This document shows, in pieces, positions 1 through 12,783 of a stretch of 64,000 nucleotides of DNA (position 1 is the first letter of the stretch; each line of letters opens with the position of its first letter). The notes under the pieces were generated by a model. The model was not told the DNA's origin and did not search any database. It worked only from the letters and a program-made list of their open reading frames with translations. Position numbers and translations under genes: made by a program. The DNA comes from Synechococcus sp. (GTDB lineage Bacteria > Cyanobacteriota > Cyanobacteriia > PCC-6307 > Cyanobiaceae), in contig JBJBEO010000001.1 in NCBI GenBank assembly GCA_047284725.1, forward strand, positions 1 to 64,000, given 5' to 3'.

Positions 1-1
1 C

Positions 2-1123
2 ACCCTTGTGGATACCGAGAAAATGGCGATCGATGAGATCAATGCCGCTGGCGGTATTGAGGTTGATGGCAAGAAATACAAGATCGAAACCATCGTTGAA
101 GACGGTGCTTCTGATTGGCCCACCTTCGCGGAGAAGTCGAAGAAGCTGATCGATCAAGATGAGGTTCCTGTCGTCTTCGGTGGCTGGACTTCGGCGAGCC
201 GTAAGGCCATGCTCCCTGTCTATGAATCGAAGGACGCCTTCCTTTACTACCCTATTCAGTACGAGGGTCAGGAGTGCTCCAACAACATTTTTTACACCGG
301 TGCAACGCCGAACCAGCAGTCGGAGCCTGCCACCAAATTCATGTTCGAGAAGTCGCCTGCCGCTGGCAAGCCCTTCTTCCTTGTGGGGTCTGATTATGTG
401 TTCCCACGCACCTCCAATACGATCACGATTGAGCAGCTGAAGTCACTGGGTGGCGAGGTTGTTGGTGAGGATTATCTACCTCTGGGCAACACCGAGGTGG
501 CGCCGATCATCGCCAAGATCAAGGAAGCTCTTCCCGATGGCGGTGTGATCATCAATACCCTGAATGGCGACCAGAACGTTGCCTTCTTCAAGCAGATTCA
601 GGATGCCGGCATCACCCCTGCCAATGGCTACTACGTGATGAGTTATTCCATCGCGGAAGAAGAGATCAGCACGATCGGACCGGAGTTCCTTGAAGGTCAT
701 TACGGTGCCTGGAACTACATGATGTCGATCGACACTCCGGCGTCGAAGACGTTCGCAGCCGACTTCAAGGCCAAATACGGGGCTGATCGTCAGGTGGCTG
801 ACCCTCAGGAATCGGCCTACAACATGGTCTACCTGTGGAAGATGGCCGTCGAGAAAGCCAACAGCTTCGACGACGACAAGGTGCGTGAGGCTCTTGTTGG
901 CATCGAGTTTGATGCTCCTCAGGGGCCTGTGAAAGTGATGCCGAACCATCACCTGTCCCAGCGTGTGCGCATCGGTGAGATCACCGCTGACGGTCAGTTC
1001 AAGATCCTCGAAGAGACCGATGGCCCTGTTTCGCCTCAGGCCTGGAATCAATTCGAGCCCAGTTCCAAGGGATACGCCTGCGACTGGACCGACGCTTCCA
1101 AGGGTGAGAAGTACAAGCTCTGA
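2..1123 (+). CDS. urtA: Urea ABC transporter substrate-binding protein (5' end lies upstream of the window)
   Basis: Motifs EDGASDWPTFAEK, VFGGWTSASRKAMLPV, YPIQYEGQECS and TGATPNQQ. The frame is open from the window edge and no signal peptide is visible, so the gene is partial. Followed by urtBCDE. Confidence 0.97.
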   Translation, partial: TLVDTEKMAIDEINAAGGIEVDGKKYKIETIVEDGASDWPTFAEKSKKLIDQDEVPVVFGGWTSASRKAMLPVYESKDAFLYYPIQYEGQECSNNIFYTGATPNQQSEPATKFMFEKSPAAGKPFFLVGSDYVFPRTSNTITIEQLKSLGGEVVGEDYLPLGNTEVAPIIAKIKEALPDGGVIINTLNGDQNVAFFKQIQDAGITPANGYYVMSYSIAEEEISTIGPEFLEGHYGAWNYMMSIDTPASKTFAADFKAKYGADRQVADPQESAYNMVYLWKMAVEKANSFDDDKVREALVGIEFDAPQGPVKVMPNHHLSQRVRIGEITADGQFKILEETDGPVSPQAWNQFEPSSKGYACDWTDASKGEKYKL

Positions 1124-1134
1124 TCGCTTGGTTG

Positions 1135-1191
1135 AGGCCCGTCTCGGGCCTGATTTTCCTCTGGAGGGGTCCTGTCTGGGACTCCTCCTTT
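1135..1191 (+). terminator. Two tandem hairpins between urtA and urtB (partial terminator or mRNA stabiliser)
   Basis: AGGCCCG-TCT-CGGGCCT (1135-1151) followed by GATTTT, then GGAGGGGTCC-TGTCTG-GGACTCCTCC (1163-1188) followed by TTT. Confidence 0.65.
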
Positions 1192-1226
1192 CGTGGTTTG
1201 TCTGACCGCCTTCTCCCCCAACGTTC

Positions 1227-2381
1227 GTGCAACTGCTTTTCGAAAGCCTGTTCAACGGGGTGGCCATCGGCTCGGTGCTGTTGGTGGCTGCCCTCGGATT
1301 GGCCATTGTGTTTGGCCTGATGGGTGTGATCAACCTCGCCCACGGCGAGCTGATCATGCTCGGTGCCTACACCACCTACGTGGTGCAGCTGATCTTCAAG
1401 TTGCCTGCGCTTCAACCCCTTTACGACAGCTACGTGCTGATCGCGATTCCGATCGCGTTCGTCAGCAGTGGTGTGGTGGGGATCTTGCTTGAACGCACCG
1501 TGATTCGCCGTTTGTACGGCAATCCCCTTGAAACACTCTTGGCGACCTGGGGTGTGAGCCTGATCCTGCAGCAGTTTGTGCGCAGTGTTCCTCTGGCCCA
1601 GGCCGCTGGTGTGATTGTGGCCTTGCTGCTTGGGTTTGGCCTGCCGTTGCTGTTGCCTCAGGCTCTGGTGCAAGGTCCGCGCGCCCGGTGGATTCGGGCT
1701 GGCAGTTGGGGCGTTTCTGCGCTGGTCGGTGTGATGTTTGGCAACGGCCTGGCCTCGCAGGTCAGCCGCATCGCCCGTGCCACCTCGCGCAACGTTGATG
1801 TGACGGCGCCCAGGTGGATGCGCGGTGGGCTGGAGTTTGCTGATCTCACCTTTCCGGTGCCCCGCTTGGTGATCATCGTGATCACGCTCGTGGCTGTGGT
1901 GGGCGTGACGGTGTTCCTTAACCGCAGTGTGTGGGGGATGCGCATCCGCGCGGTGACCCAGAACCGCGAGATGAGTGATTGCCTCGGCATCCCCACCGAC
2001 ACCGTCGACGTGCTCACCTTCGGCATTGGTTCCGGATTAGCCGGCGTCGCTGGGGTCGCCGTGTCGTTGCTGGGCTCCGTGGGCCCCAACGTGGGCACCT
2101 CTTACATCGTTGGCTGCTTCATGGTTGTGGTGCTGGGAGGTGTGGGCAATCTGCTCGGCACGGTGATCGCCTCCTTCGCCATTGGTTGGCTCACCGATCT
2201 GATCGGTGCTGGTCGTCTGCTCACCCTCTGGCCCGGGATGCCTGCTCCCCTCGAACAGCTGGTCAGCTTTTTTGCCACCACGAGCATGGCTCAGGTGATG
2301 GTGTTCACTCTGATTGTGGTGTTCCTTCAGTTCCGTCCGTCGGGTTTGTTCCCGCAGAAGGGACGCATGGTGGAGGCCTGA
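1227..2381 (+). CDS. urtB: Urea ABC transporter permease
   Basis: LivH-type permease: ALGLAIVFGLMGVINLAHGELIMLGAY at the N-terminus and FLQFRPSGLFPQKGR at the C-terminus. GTG start; operon context. Confidence 0.96.
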   Translation: MQLLFESLFNGVAIGSVLLVAALGLAIVFGLMGVINLAHGELIMLGAYTTYVVQLIFKLPALQPLYDSYVLIAIPIAFVSSGVVGILLERTVIRRLYGNPLETLLATWGVSLILQQFVRSVPLAQAAGVIVALLLGFGLPLLLPQALVQGPRARWIRAGSWGVSALVGVMFGNGLASQVSRIARATSRNVDVTAPRWMRGGLEFADLTFPVPRLVIIVITLVAVVGVTVFLNRSVWGMRIRAVTQNREMSDCLGIPTDTVDVLTFGIGSGLAGVAGVAVSLLGSVGPNVGTSYIVGCFMVVVLGGVGNLLGTVIASFAIGWLTDLIGAGRLLTLWPGMPAPLEQLVSFFATTSMAQVMVFTLIVVFLQFRPSGLFPQKGRMVEA

Positions 2382-2385
2382 TCCG

Positions 2386-3648
2386 ATGTTCCACACGCTC
2401 CAACAACGGCGATGGCCTCGGCTGCTGCTCTGGGTTGTGCTGATCGCTGTGATCGTGGCCGCCCCAGCGGTGCTGCCGACCTTCAGGCTGAATCAGCTGG
2501 GGATGTTCCTTTCGCTGTCAATCGTTGCTCTCGGCATTGATCTGATCTGGGGTTTCACGGGTCTGCTCAGCCTTGGTCAGGGCATTTTTTTCGCCTTGGG
2601 GGGCTACGCCGCCGGCATGTATCTGCAGCTCAACAGCTCGGCAGAGCACCCCAATGGCATCCCTGAGTTTTTCAGCCTCTATGGCGTGGATCGGTTGCCG
2701 TTCTTCTGGGAGCCCTTCCGCTCTCCGGTCTTCACGCTGATCGCCATCTGGTTGATTCCCGCTGTGCTGGCTGCAGTGCTGGGGAATCTGGTGTTCCGCA
2801 ACCGCATCAAGGGGGTGTATTTCTCGATCCTCACCCAGGCGGCCCTGCTGGTCTTCTTCAATTTCTTCAACGGCCAGCAGAAGCTGATCAACGGCACTAA
2901 TGGTCTGAAGACCGATGTGACGCAGCTGTTCGGACAGATGGTGGGCTCCGCTGAGATGCAGCGGAGCTTCTACTGGTGCACCGCCGCTGTGGTGATCCTG
3001 GCCTGGCTGTTCGTGCGCTGGGTGGTACGTGGTCGTTTCGGAGACGTGCTGATCGCCATTCGCGACGACGAACCCCGGCTGCGCTTCACCGGCTTCAATC
3101 CCACGCTGTTCAAAACCATCGTCTTCGCGATTGCGGGTGGATTGGCGGGGATCGGTGGCGCCCTGTTCACGGTTCAGTCCGGAATCATTTCCCCACAGGA
3201 AATGAGCGTTCCCAAGTCGATTGAGATGGTGATCTGGGTGGCTGTTGGCGGCCGCGGCACCCTGGTTGGCGCCATCTTCGGCGCCGTGGGCATTCAGTTC
3301 GCTGAAACGTTCGTGAGTGAGGTCTGGCCCAAGAGCTGGCTGTTTTTCCAGGGGGCTCTCTTCATCCTGGTGGTGACGGCCCTGCCGGAGGGGGTGATCG
3401 GTTGGTGCCGTGGGGCAGGGCCAGAGAACTGGATCAATCGTCTGGGATCTGGGCTCAATCTGTTTGGCCAGGCGTTGATCCGTTGGGGGCAGAACCTGAA
3501 CCATCGCTTCCCAGCGCCCAATGGTCTCAGTCGCCTGGGCGACTGGCTCATCGGCCAGGGCCAGGGGCTCAACGCGTTGGGGATCGTTCGTCGCAGTGCC
3601 ACGTATCCCCGTCTCGATCTTGAAGGCCACGAGGAGGTGCAGCTATGA
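2386..3648 (+). CDS. urtC: Urea ABC transporter permease
   Basis: LivM-type permease: ALGIDLIWGFTGLLSLGQGIFFALGGY and IRDDEPRLRFTG. ATG at 2386 lies 4 nt after the urtB stop. Confidence 0.95.
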   Translation: MFHTLQQRRWPRLLLWVVLIAVIVAAPAVLPTFRLNQLGMFLSLSIVALGIDLIWGFTGLLSLGQGIFFALGGYAAGMYLQLNSSAEHPNGIPEFFSLYGVDRLPFFWEPFRSPVFTLIAIWLIPAVLAAVLGNLVFRNRIKGVYFSILTQAALLVFFNFFNGQQKLINGTNGLKTDVTQLFGQMVGSAEMQRSFYWCTAAVVILAWLFVRWVVRGRFGDVLIAIRDDEPRLRFTGFNPTLFKTIVFAIAGGLAGIGGALFTVQSGIISPQEMSVPKSIEMVIWVAVGGRGTLVGAIFGAVGIQFAETFVSEVWPKSWLFFQGALFILVVTALPEGVIGWCRGAGPENWINRLGSGLNLFGQALIRWGQNLNHRFPAPNGLSRLGDWLIGQGQGLNALGIVRRSATYPRLDLEGHEEVQL

Positions 3649-4400
3649 CGATGCCTCTATTGGAGTTGCGTCAGATCACCGTCAGTTTTGACGGCTTTCT
3701 CGCTCTGAGGGATCTCAACCTGAGCCTTCAGCCTGGAGAACTGCGGGCGGTGATCGGGCCGAATGGGGCCGGTAAGACCACCTTCCTGGATGTGATCACA
3801 GGCAAAACATCTCCCACCCAAGGTGACGTGGTGTTCAAGGGTCGCTCCCTGGTGGGGACCACGGAACATCGCATTGCCCGGCAGGGCATCGGCCGCAAGT
3901 TCCAGAGTCCTCGTGTGTTTGAAAAGCTCAGCGTTCAGGAGAATTTGGCGCTGGCGGTGAGTCGGCCCAAGCAGCCCTGGGATTTGCTGTTTCGGGGCCT
4001 TGATTTCGCTCTTCGCGATCGTGTGCATCATCTGATGAGCATCGTCAATCTGCAGCAACGTGCCACCTGGCCGGCCGGGGCTCTCTCCCATGGTCAGAAG
4101 CAGTGGCTTGAGATTGCAATGCTGGTGGGTCAGGATCCTGATCTGCTCCTGGTCGACGAGCCGGTGGCTGGTCTCACCGATGAGGAGACCGATTTCACTG
4201 CCGAGCTCCTCAAATCGTTGGCGGGGCATCACACCGTACTGGTGATCGAGCACGACATGGAGTTCATTCGCCGTCTGGAGAGTCCGGTGACGGTGCTGCA
4301 CCAGGGCCATGTGCTCTGCGAAGGAACGATGGATCAGGTCCAAGCCAATCCACGGGTGATTGAGGTGTATCTCGGAACCACGGAGGAGGAGAACGGATGA
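3645..4400 (+). CDS. urtD: Urea ABC transporter ATP-binding protein
   Basis: Walker A GPNGAGKT, LSHGQKQWLEI signature, Walker B LLLVDEP. ATGA overlap with urtC. Confidence 0.96.
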   Translation: MTMPLLELRQITVSFDGFLALRDLNLSLQPGELRAVIGPNGAGKTTFLDVITGKTSPTQGDVVFKGRSLVGTTEHRIARQGIGRKFQSPRVFEKLSVQENLALAVSRPKQPWDLLFRGLDFALRDRVHHLMSIVNLQQRATWPAGALSHGQKQWLEIAMLVGQDPDLLLVDEPVAGLTDEETDFTAELLKSLAGHHTVLVIEHDMEFIRRLESPVTVLHQGHVLCEGTMDQVQANPRVIEVYLGTTEEENG

Positions 4401-5107
4401 CGGAACTTCTGGAGATCCGCGGTCTGAATACTTATTACAGCGAAAGCCACATCCTCAGAAACGTCGACCTCACCGTGAGGGGCGGTGAGATGGTCTGCCT
4501 GATCGGTCGCAATGGTGTGGGAAAAACCACACTGCTGAAGTCGTTGATCGGTTTGCTGCGTCCCCGCCGCGGTGAGATCGTGTTCGATGGACAGGGTCTC
4601 GACCGCCATGCTCCTCACCAGCGCGCCCGTGCTGGCCTCGGTTATGTGCCGCAAGGTCGGGAGATCATTCCCCAGCTCACGGTGGAGGAAAATCTCCTGC
4701 TGGGAATGGAGGCCTTGCCGGGTGGGCTGGGCCGCAACCGGCGCATCGATCCGTTGGTGTATGAGCTGTTCCCGATCCTGAAGGAGTTTCTGCCTCGCAA
4801 AGGTGGTGACCTCAGCGGTGGGCAGCAGCAGCAATTGGCGATCGCCCGGGCCCTGCTCGGCAAGCCCAAGCTGCTGTTGCTCGATGAACCCACCGAAGGG
4901 ATCCAGCCCAACATCGTGCATGACATTGAGATCGCGGTGCGGCGGATCATTGCCGAGACCGGCATTGGCGTGTTGCTGGTGGAGCAGCACCTGCACTTTG
5001 TGCGTCAGGCCGATCGCTACTACGCCATGCAGCGGGGTGGAATTGTTGCCAGTGGGCCCACCAGTGACCTCAGCCAGTCGGTGGTGGATCAGTTCCTGAG
5101 CGTCTGA
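4397..5107 (+). CDS. urtE: Urea ABC transporter ATP-binding protein
   Basis: GRNGVGKT, LSGGQQQQLAIARAL and LLLDEPTEGIQP. ATGA overlap with urtD. Confidence 0.96.
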   Translation: MTELLEIRGLNTYYSESHILRNVDLTVRGGEMVCLIGRNGVGKTTLLKSLIGLLRPRRGEIVFDGQGLDRHAPHQRARAGLGYVPQGREIIPQLTVEENLLLGMEALPGGLGRNRRIDPLVYELFPILKEFLPRKGGDLSGGQQQQLAIARALLGKPKLLLLDEPTEGIQPNIVHDIEIAVRRIIAETGIGVLLVEQHLHFVRQADRYYAMQRGGIVASGPTSDLSQSVVDQFLSV

Positions 5108-5162
5108 CGACAAGATGCGCATCGGCTTGGTGCTTGCTCTCAGATTGGCCAGGTTGTTCTGT

Positions 5163-6035
5163 CTAGTGGTCCGTTCGCAGGAGTTCCTCCCAAAGCTCCT
5201 TGGCCTCCACGGCCGTTGAGAGGACCTGGTGGTTCACTGCGCTCACCATGCGGCAATCAAGGCTGTTGATCAGCAGCCAGCAGTCGTCCGCTTCGGGTGT
5301 GGCTTCGATGGTTGCTTCACGGGCGATGCCTCGTTCCAGCATCTGCTGGCGCATCACGCCTGGCAGGCAGCCGCTGCTCAGGGGTGGGGTGAGCCATTGC
5401 CCCTCACGCCGCACCAGCAGGTTGGCGGTGGTGGCGCAGCACAGTTCACCGGTGGTGCTCAGCAGCAGGCCTTCATCGGCGCCTTGCTCGACCGCTTCCC
5501 GGCGGGCCTGAATCGCCTGGCCGTAGGCGAAGGTTTTGCAATGGCTCAGCTGGCTGCTGGCATTGCGCCGTTCATGGCGACTGATCCAGGTGCGTACGCT
5601 GCTGAAACGCGGTGTGTGGTGGCTGAGGCTGAACCAGAAGCGGTGCCGCGTGGCGTCGGGTTCATCCGTGGGCCATTGGATCCCTCTGGCCTCAGCACCA
5701 TCGCGGCTCCAGTTCAATCGCAAGGCTCCATCCCGATGGCTGGTGCTGCATTGTCTGTCTGGGTTGACCGTGTCAGTGTTGCGCTCGGCCCGCATGATCG
5801 CTTCGCGTAGCAAGGGGTCGAGTTGCTCCAGGCACGGCGGCGGAGCCATGCCCAGGGTTTGTGCACCAGCTCGCCAACGTGCGTGGTGCGCCTCCAGCAG
5901 TTGCGTTTCACCCGCGCGAATCAACACGGTTTCAAACACACCGTCGGCCAGCTGCAGGCCGCGGTCGCTTAAGGGGATCCTGAGCTCTGAGGGCTGACCC
6001 CACCGACCGTCAATCCAGGCGATTGTGCTCGTCAT
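5163..6035 (-). CDS. pabC: Aminotransferase class IV / 4-amino-4-deoxychorismate lyase
   Basis: DRGLQLADGVFET, catalytic Lys in HCKTFAY, TPPLSSGCLPGVMR. ATG at 6035 overlaps the pabB stop (ATGA). Confidence 0.8.
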   Translation of the reverse strand: MTSTIAWIDGRWGQPSELRIPLSDRGLQLADGVFETVLIRAGETQLLEAHHARWRAGAQTLGMAPPPCLEQLDPLLREAIMRAERNTDTVNPDRQCSTSHRDGALRLNWSRDGAEARGIQWPTDEPDATRHRFWFSLSHHTPRFSSVRTWISRHERRNASSQLSHCKTFAYGQAIQARREAVEQGADEGLLLSTTGELCCATTANLLVRREGQWLTPPLSSGCLPGVMRQQMLERGIAREATIEATPEADDCWLLINSLDCRMVSAVNHQVLSTAVEAKELWEELLRTDH

Positions 6036-7423
6036 GCCAAGGCTTCCAGTAAGGGCAGCAGTTTCCAATCGAGTTCGTCGGCCTCCGCCTGGGGGTTGGA
6101 GTCGGCGACGATGCCGCAGCCGGCATGCACCCGCAGTTGGTTGTCTTTGCGCAGCACTGTGCGGATGAGGATGTTGCTGTCGAAGCGGCCGTCCCAGTCG
6201 ATCCGCAGCAGGGAGCCGCAGTAGGGCCCCCGGCTGCAGGGTTCCAGCTCGGCGATGCGTTGGCAGGCCCGCAGTTTGGGGGCACCGCTGATCGACCCCC
6301 CCGGCCAGCTTGCCTCCAGCACATCCACCCAGGTCTTGCCCTCCCGCAGCTGCCCGGTCACCACCGAGGTGAGGTGATGGACGCGGGCATAGCTTTCGAG
6401 CCCCACCAGTTGGGGCACTTGCACGGAGCCTGGTGCGCAGGCCCGTCCCAGGTCGTTGCGCAGCAGGTCGACGATCATCACGTTCTCAGCTCGGTCTTTG
6501 CTGCTGCACACCAGTTCAGCGGCGTTCGCTGCGTCGCGGATCGGATCGCCGTCGCGTGGCCGGGTGCCTTTGATTGGCCTGGTTTCGACGCGTCCGTCGG
6601 CTTGCACTTCCAGGAAGCGTTCGGGGGAAGTGGAGAGCAGGGCCTCGCCTGAGGCGTCTCCGGCGGCGACGACGAGGCCCGCAAAGGGTGCAGGACAGCG
6701 GCTCCGCAGGCGCTGAAACAGGGACAGGTTCGAGTGCCCTGCCTCAATCGGGCTGTCGGCGCAGGCGGTGAGGTTGGCCTGGAACAGGTCGCCGCTGGCG
6801 ATCAGTTCGCGGATCCGGGCCACCCCGCCGGCGAAGTCATCGCGGCTGGTGCGGCGGGTCCAGGTGGTGTTCAAGGGCGGGCGAAACACGCGTTCGCGTC
6901 CGAGTCGTCCCGGTGCGTCCTTGGGATCTCTGGCGTTCGCAGTTCCTTCGCTGCTGGCCAGAGTCGTGAGCCATGCCGCTATGGCGGCATGGCGTTCGTG
7001 GTTGATGCCTTCCAGCCACACCTGTTGTTTTTGCAGATCGAAGCGCAGCACCGGGTCATGGCGGGCGATCCAGAGGCTGGCCATGGGATCGCTGCGCCAG
7101 GGGTTGCCTGGTTCTCTCCAGGCGGCAGCGTCGTAGCTGAGCCAGCCGGTCCAGTGCCCTGGTGTGAGGGTCCGCAGCGTGGAGAAAGGATTGCGTGCAT
7201 TCGCTTCTCCGGGTAATCCACGGCAGCAATGTTGTTCCACCGGGTCGGCGGCCAGGGTGATCCAGCGGCCCAGATCACTGCCGTCGCCATCGAGCCAGAC
7301 CAGACCCGCTTCGCCCCATTGCGCAGCCATGGCTGCGGCGATCCGGGCGGGTTCCATCCAGGGCAGGACCTGACGGGTCGGTGTCGCGGCTGCAGCTGGG
7401 TCGTTCAAGGGCCTGGACTGCAC
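6032..7423 (-). CDS. pabB: Aminodeoxychorismate synthase component I (chorismate-binding enzyme)
   Basis: [45 protein letters not shown] and AGCGIVADS. Coupled to pabC. Confidence 0.85.
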   Translation of the reverse strand: MQSRPLNDPAAAATPTRQVLPWMEPARIAAAMAAQWGEAGLVWLDGDGSDLGRWITLAADPVEQHCCRGLPGEANARNPFSTLRTLTPGHWTGWLSYDAAAWREPGNPWRSDPMASLWIARHDPVLRFDLQKQQVWLEGINHERHAAIAAWLTTLASSEGTANARDPKDAPGRLGRERVFRPPLNTTWTRRTSRDDFAGGVARIRELIASGDLFQANLTACADSPIEAGHSNLSLFQRLRSRCPAPFAGLVVAAGDASGEALLSTSPERFLEVQADGRVETRPIKGTRPRDGDPIRDAANAAELVCSSKDRAENVMIVDLLRNDLGRACAPGSVQVPQLVGLESYARVHHLTSVVTGQLREGKTWVDVLEASWPGGSISGAPKLRACQRIAELEPCSRGPYCGSLLRIDWDGRFDSNILIRTVLRKDNQLRVHAGCGIVADSNPQAEADELDWKLLPLLEALA

Positions 7424-8082
7424 AGGTCTGGACGGCCAGCAGCACGCAGGGCGTCATCGCGGATCCGGCAGCTGTCGCAGACGCCGCAGGGTGTTGCTCC
7501 GCCGTTGTAGCAACTCCAGGTTTGATCAATCGGCACCTGCAGGCGCAGGGCTTCTTCCACGATGGTCTGCTTGGTCCAGGTGACCAGTGGTGCCCAGAGT
7601 TGGGGGGCCTCGCCTTCTCGGCCCACCTTGCTACTCAGGTCGGCCAGGGTCTGAAAGGCGGCCAGGTAGTCGGGCCGGCAGTCGGGATAGCCGGAGTAGT
7701 CGACGGCATTGACTCCCAGCACGATGCGATCAGCGCCACGGGCTTCCGCCAGGCTGAGGCCGATGCTGATGAACACCGTGTTGCGTCCGGGTACGTAGGT
7801 GCTGGGGATCACCCCTTCCTCCACCCCCGATTTGGGGATGGCTTGTTGGGTATCGGTGAGGGACGAGCCACCCCAACTCGCCAAATTCACCTGGATGGTG
7901 TGGTGTTCGACAAGACCCAGGGTGCTGGCAAGGGAGGCGGCGGCTTCGAGTTCCCGGCGATGGCGCTGACCGTAGTCAAACGACAGGCCGATCACGCGAT
8001 GACCGGCCTCAATGGCAAGGGCTGCAGCAGTGGCTGAATCCAGTCCACCCGAGAGCAGGGCAATTGCGGTTGGATCGGTCAT
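7405..8082 (-). CDS. queC: 7-cyano-7-deazaguanine synthase
   Basis: [32 protein letters not shown] and SCY...[10 protein letters not shown]. Start placed at [10 protein letters not shown]. Confidence 0.96.
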   Translation of the reverse strand: MTDPTAIALLSGGLDSATAAALAIEAGHRVIGLSFDYGQRHRRELEAAASLASTLGLVEHHTIQVNLASWGGSSLTDTQQAIPKSGVEEGVIPSTYVPGRNTVFISIGLSLAEARGADRIVLGVNAVDYSGYPDCRPDYLAAFQTLADLSSKVGREGEAPQLWAPLVTWTKQTIVEEALRLQVPIDQTWSCYNGGATPCGVCDSCRIRDDALRAAGRPDLCSPGP

Positions 8083-8109
8083 GCTTGGCATTCTGTTGCC
8101 GCGCGGGTC

Positions 8110-8667
8110 ATGGCCAAGGGTGGTCTCAACGCACCACGTTCTTGGTGTGCTCGTTTGCAGGCCGTTGGGCTGTTTGGTTCCGTTGCGTTCGCAGTGGTTC
8201 CTGCCGCGCAGGCCATTCCCCGTCTGGATCTGAGCGGCTACCCCGCACCGGAGCCAGGTATGCAGCGCTGGGTGATTCAACCCTCAGGGCTGTTGCCCAA
8301 CAGCTCTGATCCCCTGGTCTCTGCGAACCCCCATGACTGGCGGGTGCAGTTAATGGTGGGTCAGGAGGTGGAGGTTGATTGCAACAACACCCGGCTGTCG
8401 GGGCCTCCCTTGCGCATGCAGCGTCTGCCTGATGCTTCCGGTCAGGCTTTGTTTGTTGTCAACGGGCCGTTGGTCGTCTTGAGCACGCGGATGGCGTGTC
8501 CGGCTGATCAAGCGCGTCAACGCAGGTTTCTCACCCTGGGTGAGCAGCCTTACCTGGTGCCCTACAACCCTTCCGTCCCGATCGTGGTGGATCTGCCGAA
8601 GGGGGCTGACTTGCGCTGGCGGATTTGGAAAGCTGAGACGACGCAGTTGGATGGAGTGAAGCTCTGA
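8110..8667 (+). CDS. Ecotin family serine protease inhibitor, secreted
   Basis: Signal-like N-terminus ending [22 protein letters not shown], reactive loop STRMACP and [12 protein letters not shown] are ecotin hallmarks. Confidence 0.85.
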   Translation: MAKGGLNAPRSWCARLQAVGLFGSVAFAVVPAAQAIPRLDLSGYPAPEPGMQRWVIQPSGLLPNSSDPLVSANPHDWRVQLMVGQEVEVDCNNTRLSGPPLRMQRLPDASGQALFVVNGPLVVLSTRMACPADQARQRRFLTLGEQPYLVPYNPSVPIVVDLPKGADLRWRIWKAETTQLDGVKL

Positions 8668-8680
8668 GCGAGCGCTTGGC

Positions 8681-10962
<2,282 letters not shown>

Positions 10963-11006
10963 TCAACATACCGAGCACCCTCAAGGTGTCCCCGCCGGGG
11001 CGGTCG

Positions 11007-11489
11007 CTATCCCTCCAGCAGGCTGCGCAGCATCCAGGCGGTTTTCTCATGGATCTGCAGGCGTTGGGTAAGGAGGTCGGCGCTGGGTTCATCCCCCGCG
11101 GCCTGCACCAATGGATAGAGGCTGCGGGCGGTGCGGGCGACCGCTTCATGGCCCTGCACTAGTTCCTCCACCATGGCAAGTGCCGCTGGCTGCTGGTCCG
11201 CCTCGGGGATCGAGGCCAGCTTGGCCAGGGTGCTGCCGCCATGGGGTGCCAGGACCCCGAGGGCGCGGATGCGTTCGGCGATCACGTCCAGAGCGTTCCA
11301 GAGCTCGGTGTACTGCTCCATGAACATCAGATGGAGCGTGTTGAACATCGGCCCGGTCACGTTCCAATGGAAACCGTGGGTTTTGCCGTAGAGCACGTAC
11401 GTATCGGCCAGGAGCCGAGCCAGGCCATCGGCGATCTCCTGTCGCTGGGCTCTCGGGATGCCGATCCCGATGGCTGACGTGGTGGACAT
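11007..11489 (-). CDS. dpsA: Dps family DNA-protecting mini-ferritin
   Basis: [36 protein letters not shown] and HEKTAWML. Confidence 0.93.
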   Translation of the reverse strand: MSTTSAIGIGIPRAQRQEIADGLARLLADTYVLYGKTHGFHWNVTGPMFNTLHLMFMEQYTELWNALDVIAERIRALGVLAPHGGSTLAKLASIPEADQQPAALAMVEELVQGHEAVARTARSLYPLVQAAGDEPSADLLTQRLQIHEKTAWMLRSLLEG

Positions 11490-11561
11490 CGCTGCATCTC
11501 CGCAGGGGTGCCCCTGCTTTAGCCATGGGTTGCGGCTTGGTGCAGTTGCGCTGTCACCACC

Positions 11562-12692
11562 TCATGTTTCGAGGCCGAGGATGTAGTCACGCACTTTGCT
11601 GCGGCGTTGGGGCTGACGCAGCTTCAGGAGGGCGCGGGTTTCGATCTGACGCACCCGTTCCCGTGATAAGCCCATGCCTTCGCCGATCTCCGCCAGTGTG
11701 CGAGGCGTGTCGTCCTCCAGTCCAAAGCGTCGCCGGATCACCTCCGCTTCCCTGGCTGTGAGCTCGCTCAGCAGGTCCTCCAGGTCGTCGTGGAGGGCGT
11801 CGCGGGTGAGCAGTTGTTCCGGGGTGGCGTGGCCATCCTCCAGCAGGTCGCCCAGTTGGGTGTCCTGGTCTTTCCCGACGCGCATCTCCAGCGACACCGA
11901 GCGGGGCACCCGCATCAGCGTCAGCCGCACCGTCTCTTCGCTCACCCCCAGTTCTCGTGACAGATCACTCAGCGAAGCAATCCGCCCTTCATTGGCGGCG
12001 ATCTCCTGCTGCACCTTTTTGATCCGGTTCAGCTTCTCGGTGACATGCACCGGCAGTCGGATGGTGCGGCTCTGGGTGGCAATGGCGCGGGTGATGCCCT
12101 GGCGAATCCACCAGTAGGCGTAGGTGCTGAAGCGGAAGCCCCGGGTGGGGTCGAACTTCTCCACCGCCCGTTCGAGACCGAGGGTGCCTTCCTGCACCAG
12201 GTCGAGCAGTTCCAGGCCGCGCTGCTGATATTTCTTGGCAACGGTCACCACCAGGCGCAGGTTGGCCTGGATCATGCGGTCGCGGGCCCGGCGCCCGTCG
12301 CGCAGCCGTTTCTGCAGTTCGCGGCTTTCCAGGGGGCTGTGCTCCGACCAGATGCCGTAGCCCTCCCGCAGCACCGTGGTCAGTTCCTGCGGGGTCAGGC
12401 CCGCTGCTTTGGCCCATTCCTGCCTGGTTGGCCAATGGCAGAGGTGATTGGCCTCCCGTTGCTGCAGTTGTTCGAGCTCCAGCAGCCGTTGCACCGGTGG
12501 GTGCTCGCTGGCCAGGGCCCGCTCCTCTTCCAGCAGTGCCTCGCGGCTGCGCACCTGGCGGGAGAGCAGAACCTCTTCTTCGTTGGTGAGCAGGTCAACC
12601 CGGCCGATGTCCTGCAGATACAGGCGCAGCAAGTCGTTGCCGCTTCCAGTGCGGACGCGGGATGGACCCGTCGATCGCGTACCGGTGGCCAA
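11562..12692 (-). CDS. Group 2 sigma-70 (RpoD-like) RNA polymerase sigma factor
   Basis: Region 1.2 LRLYLQDIGRVDLL, region 2 ANLRLVVTVAKKY and FSTYAYWWIRQGI, region 4 LSRERVRQIE. Lacks region 1.1. Confidence 0.93.
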   Translation of the reverse strand: MATGTRSTGPSRVRTGSGNDLLRLYLQDIGRVDLLTNEEEVLLSRQVRSREALLEEERALASEHPPVQRLLELEQLQQREANHLCHWPTRQEWAKAAGLTPQELTTVLREGYGIWSEHSPLESRELQKRLRDGRRARDRMIQANLRLVVTVAKKYQQRGLELLDLVQEGTLGLERAVEKFDPTRGFRFSTYAYWWIRQGITRAIATQSRTIRLPVHVTEKLNRIKKVQQEIAANEGRIASLSDLSRELGVSEETVRLTLMRVPRSVSLEMRVGKDQDTQLGDLLEDGHATPEQLLTRDALHDDLEDLLSELTAREAEVIRRRFGLEDDTPRTLAEIGEGMGLSRERVRQIETRALLKLRQPQRRSKVRDYILGLET

Positions 12693-12783
12693 AGGGCTCC
12701 CCGTGGACTGCCCTCAGGGTTCCGCTGCTGCTGCCAGAGCGGTCGGAATGAACCGAATCTGTTTCGGTTTGCAGATCGTCGGT

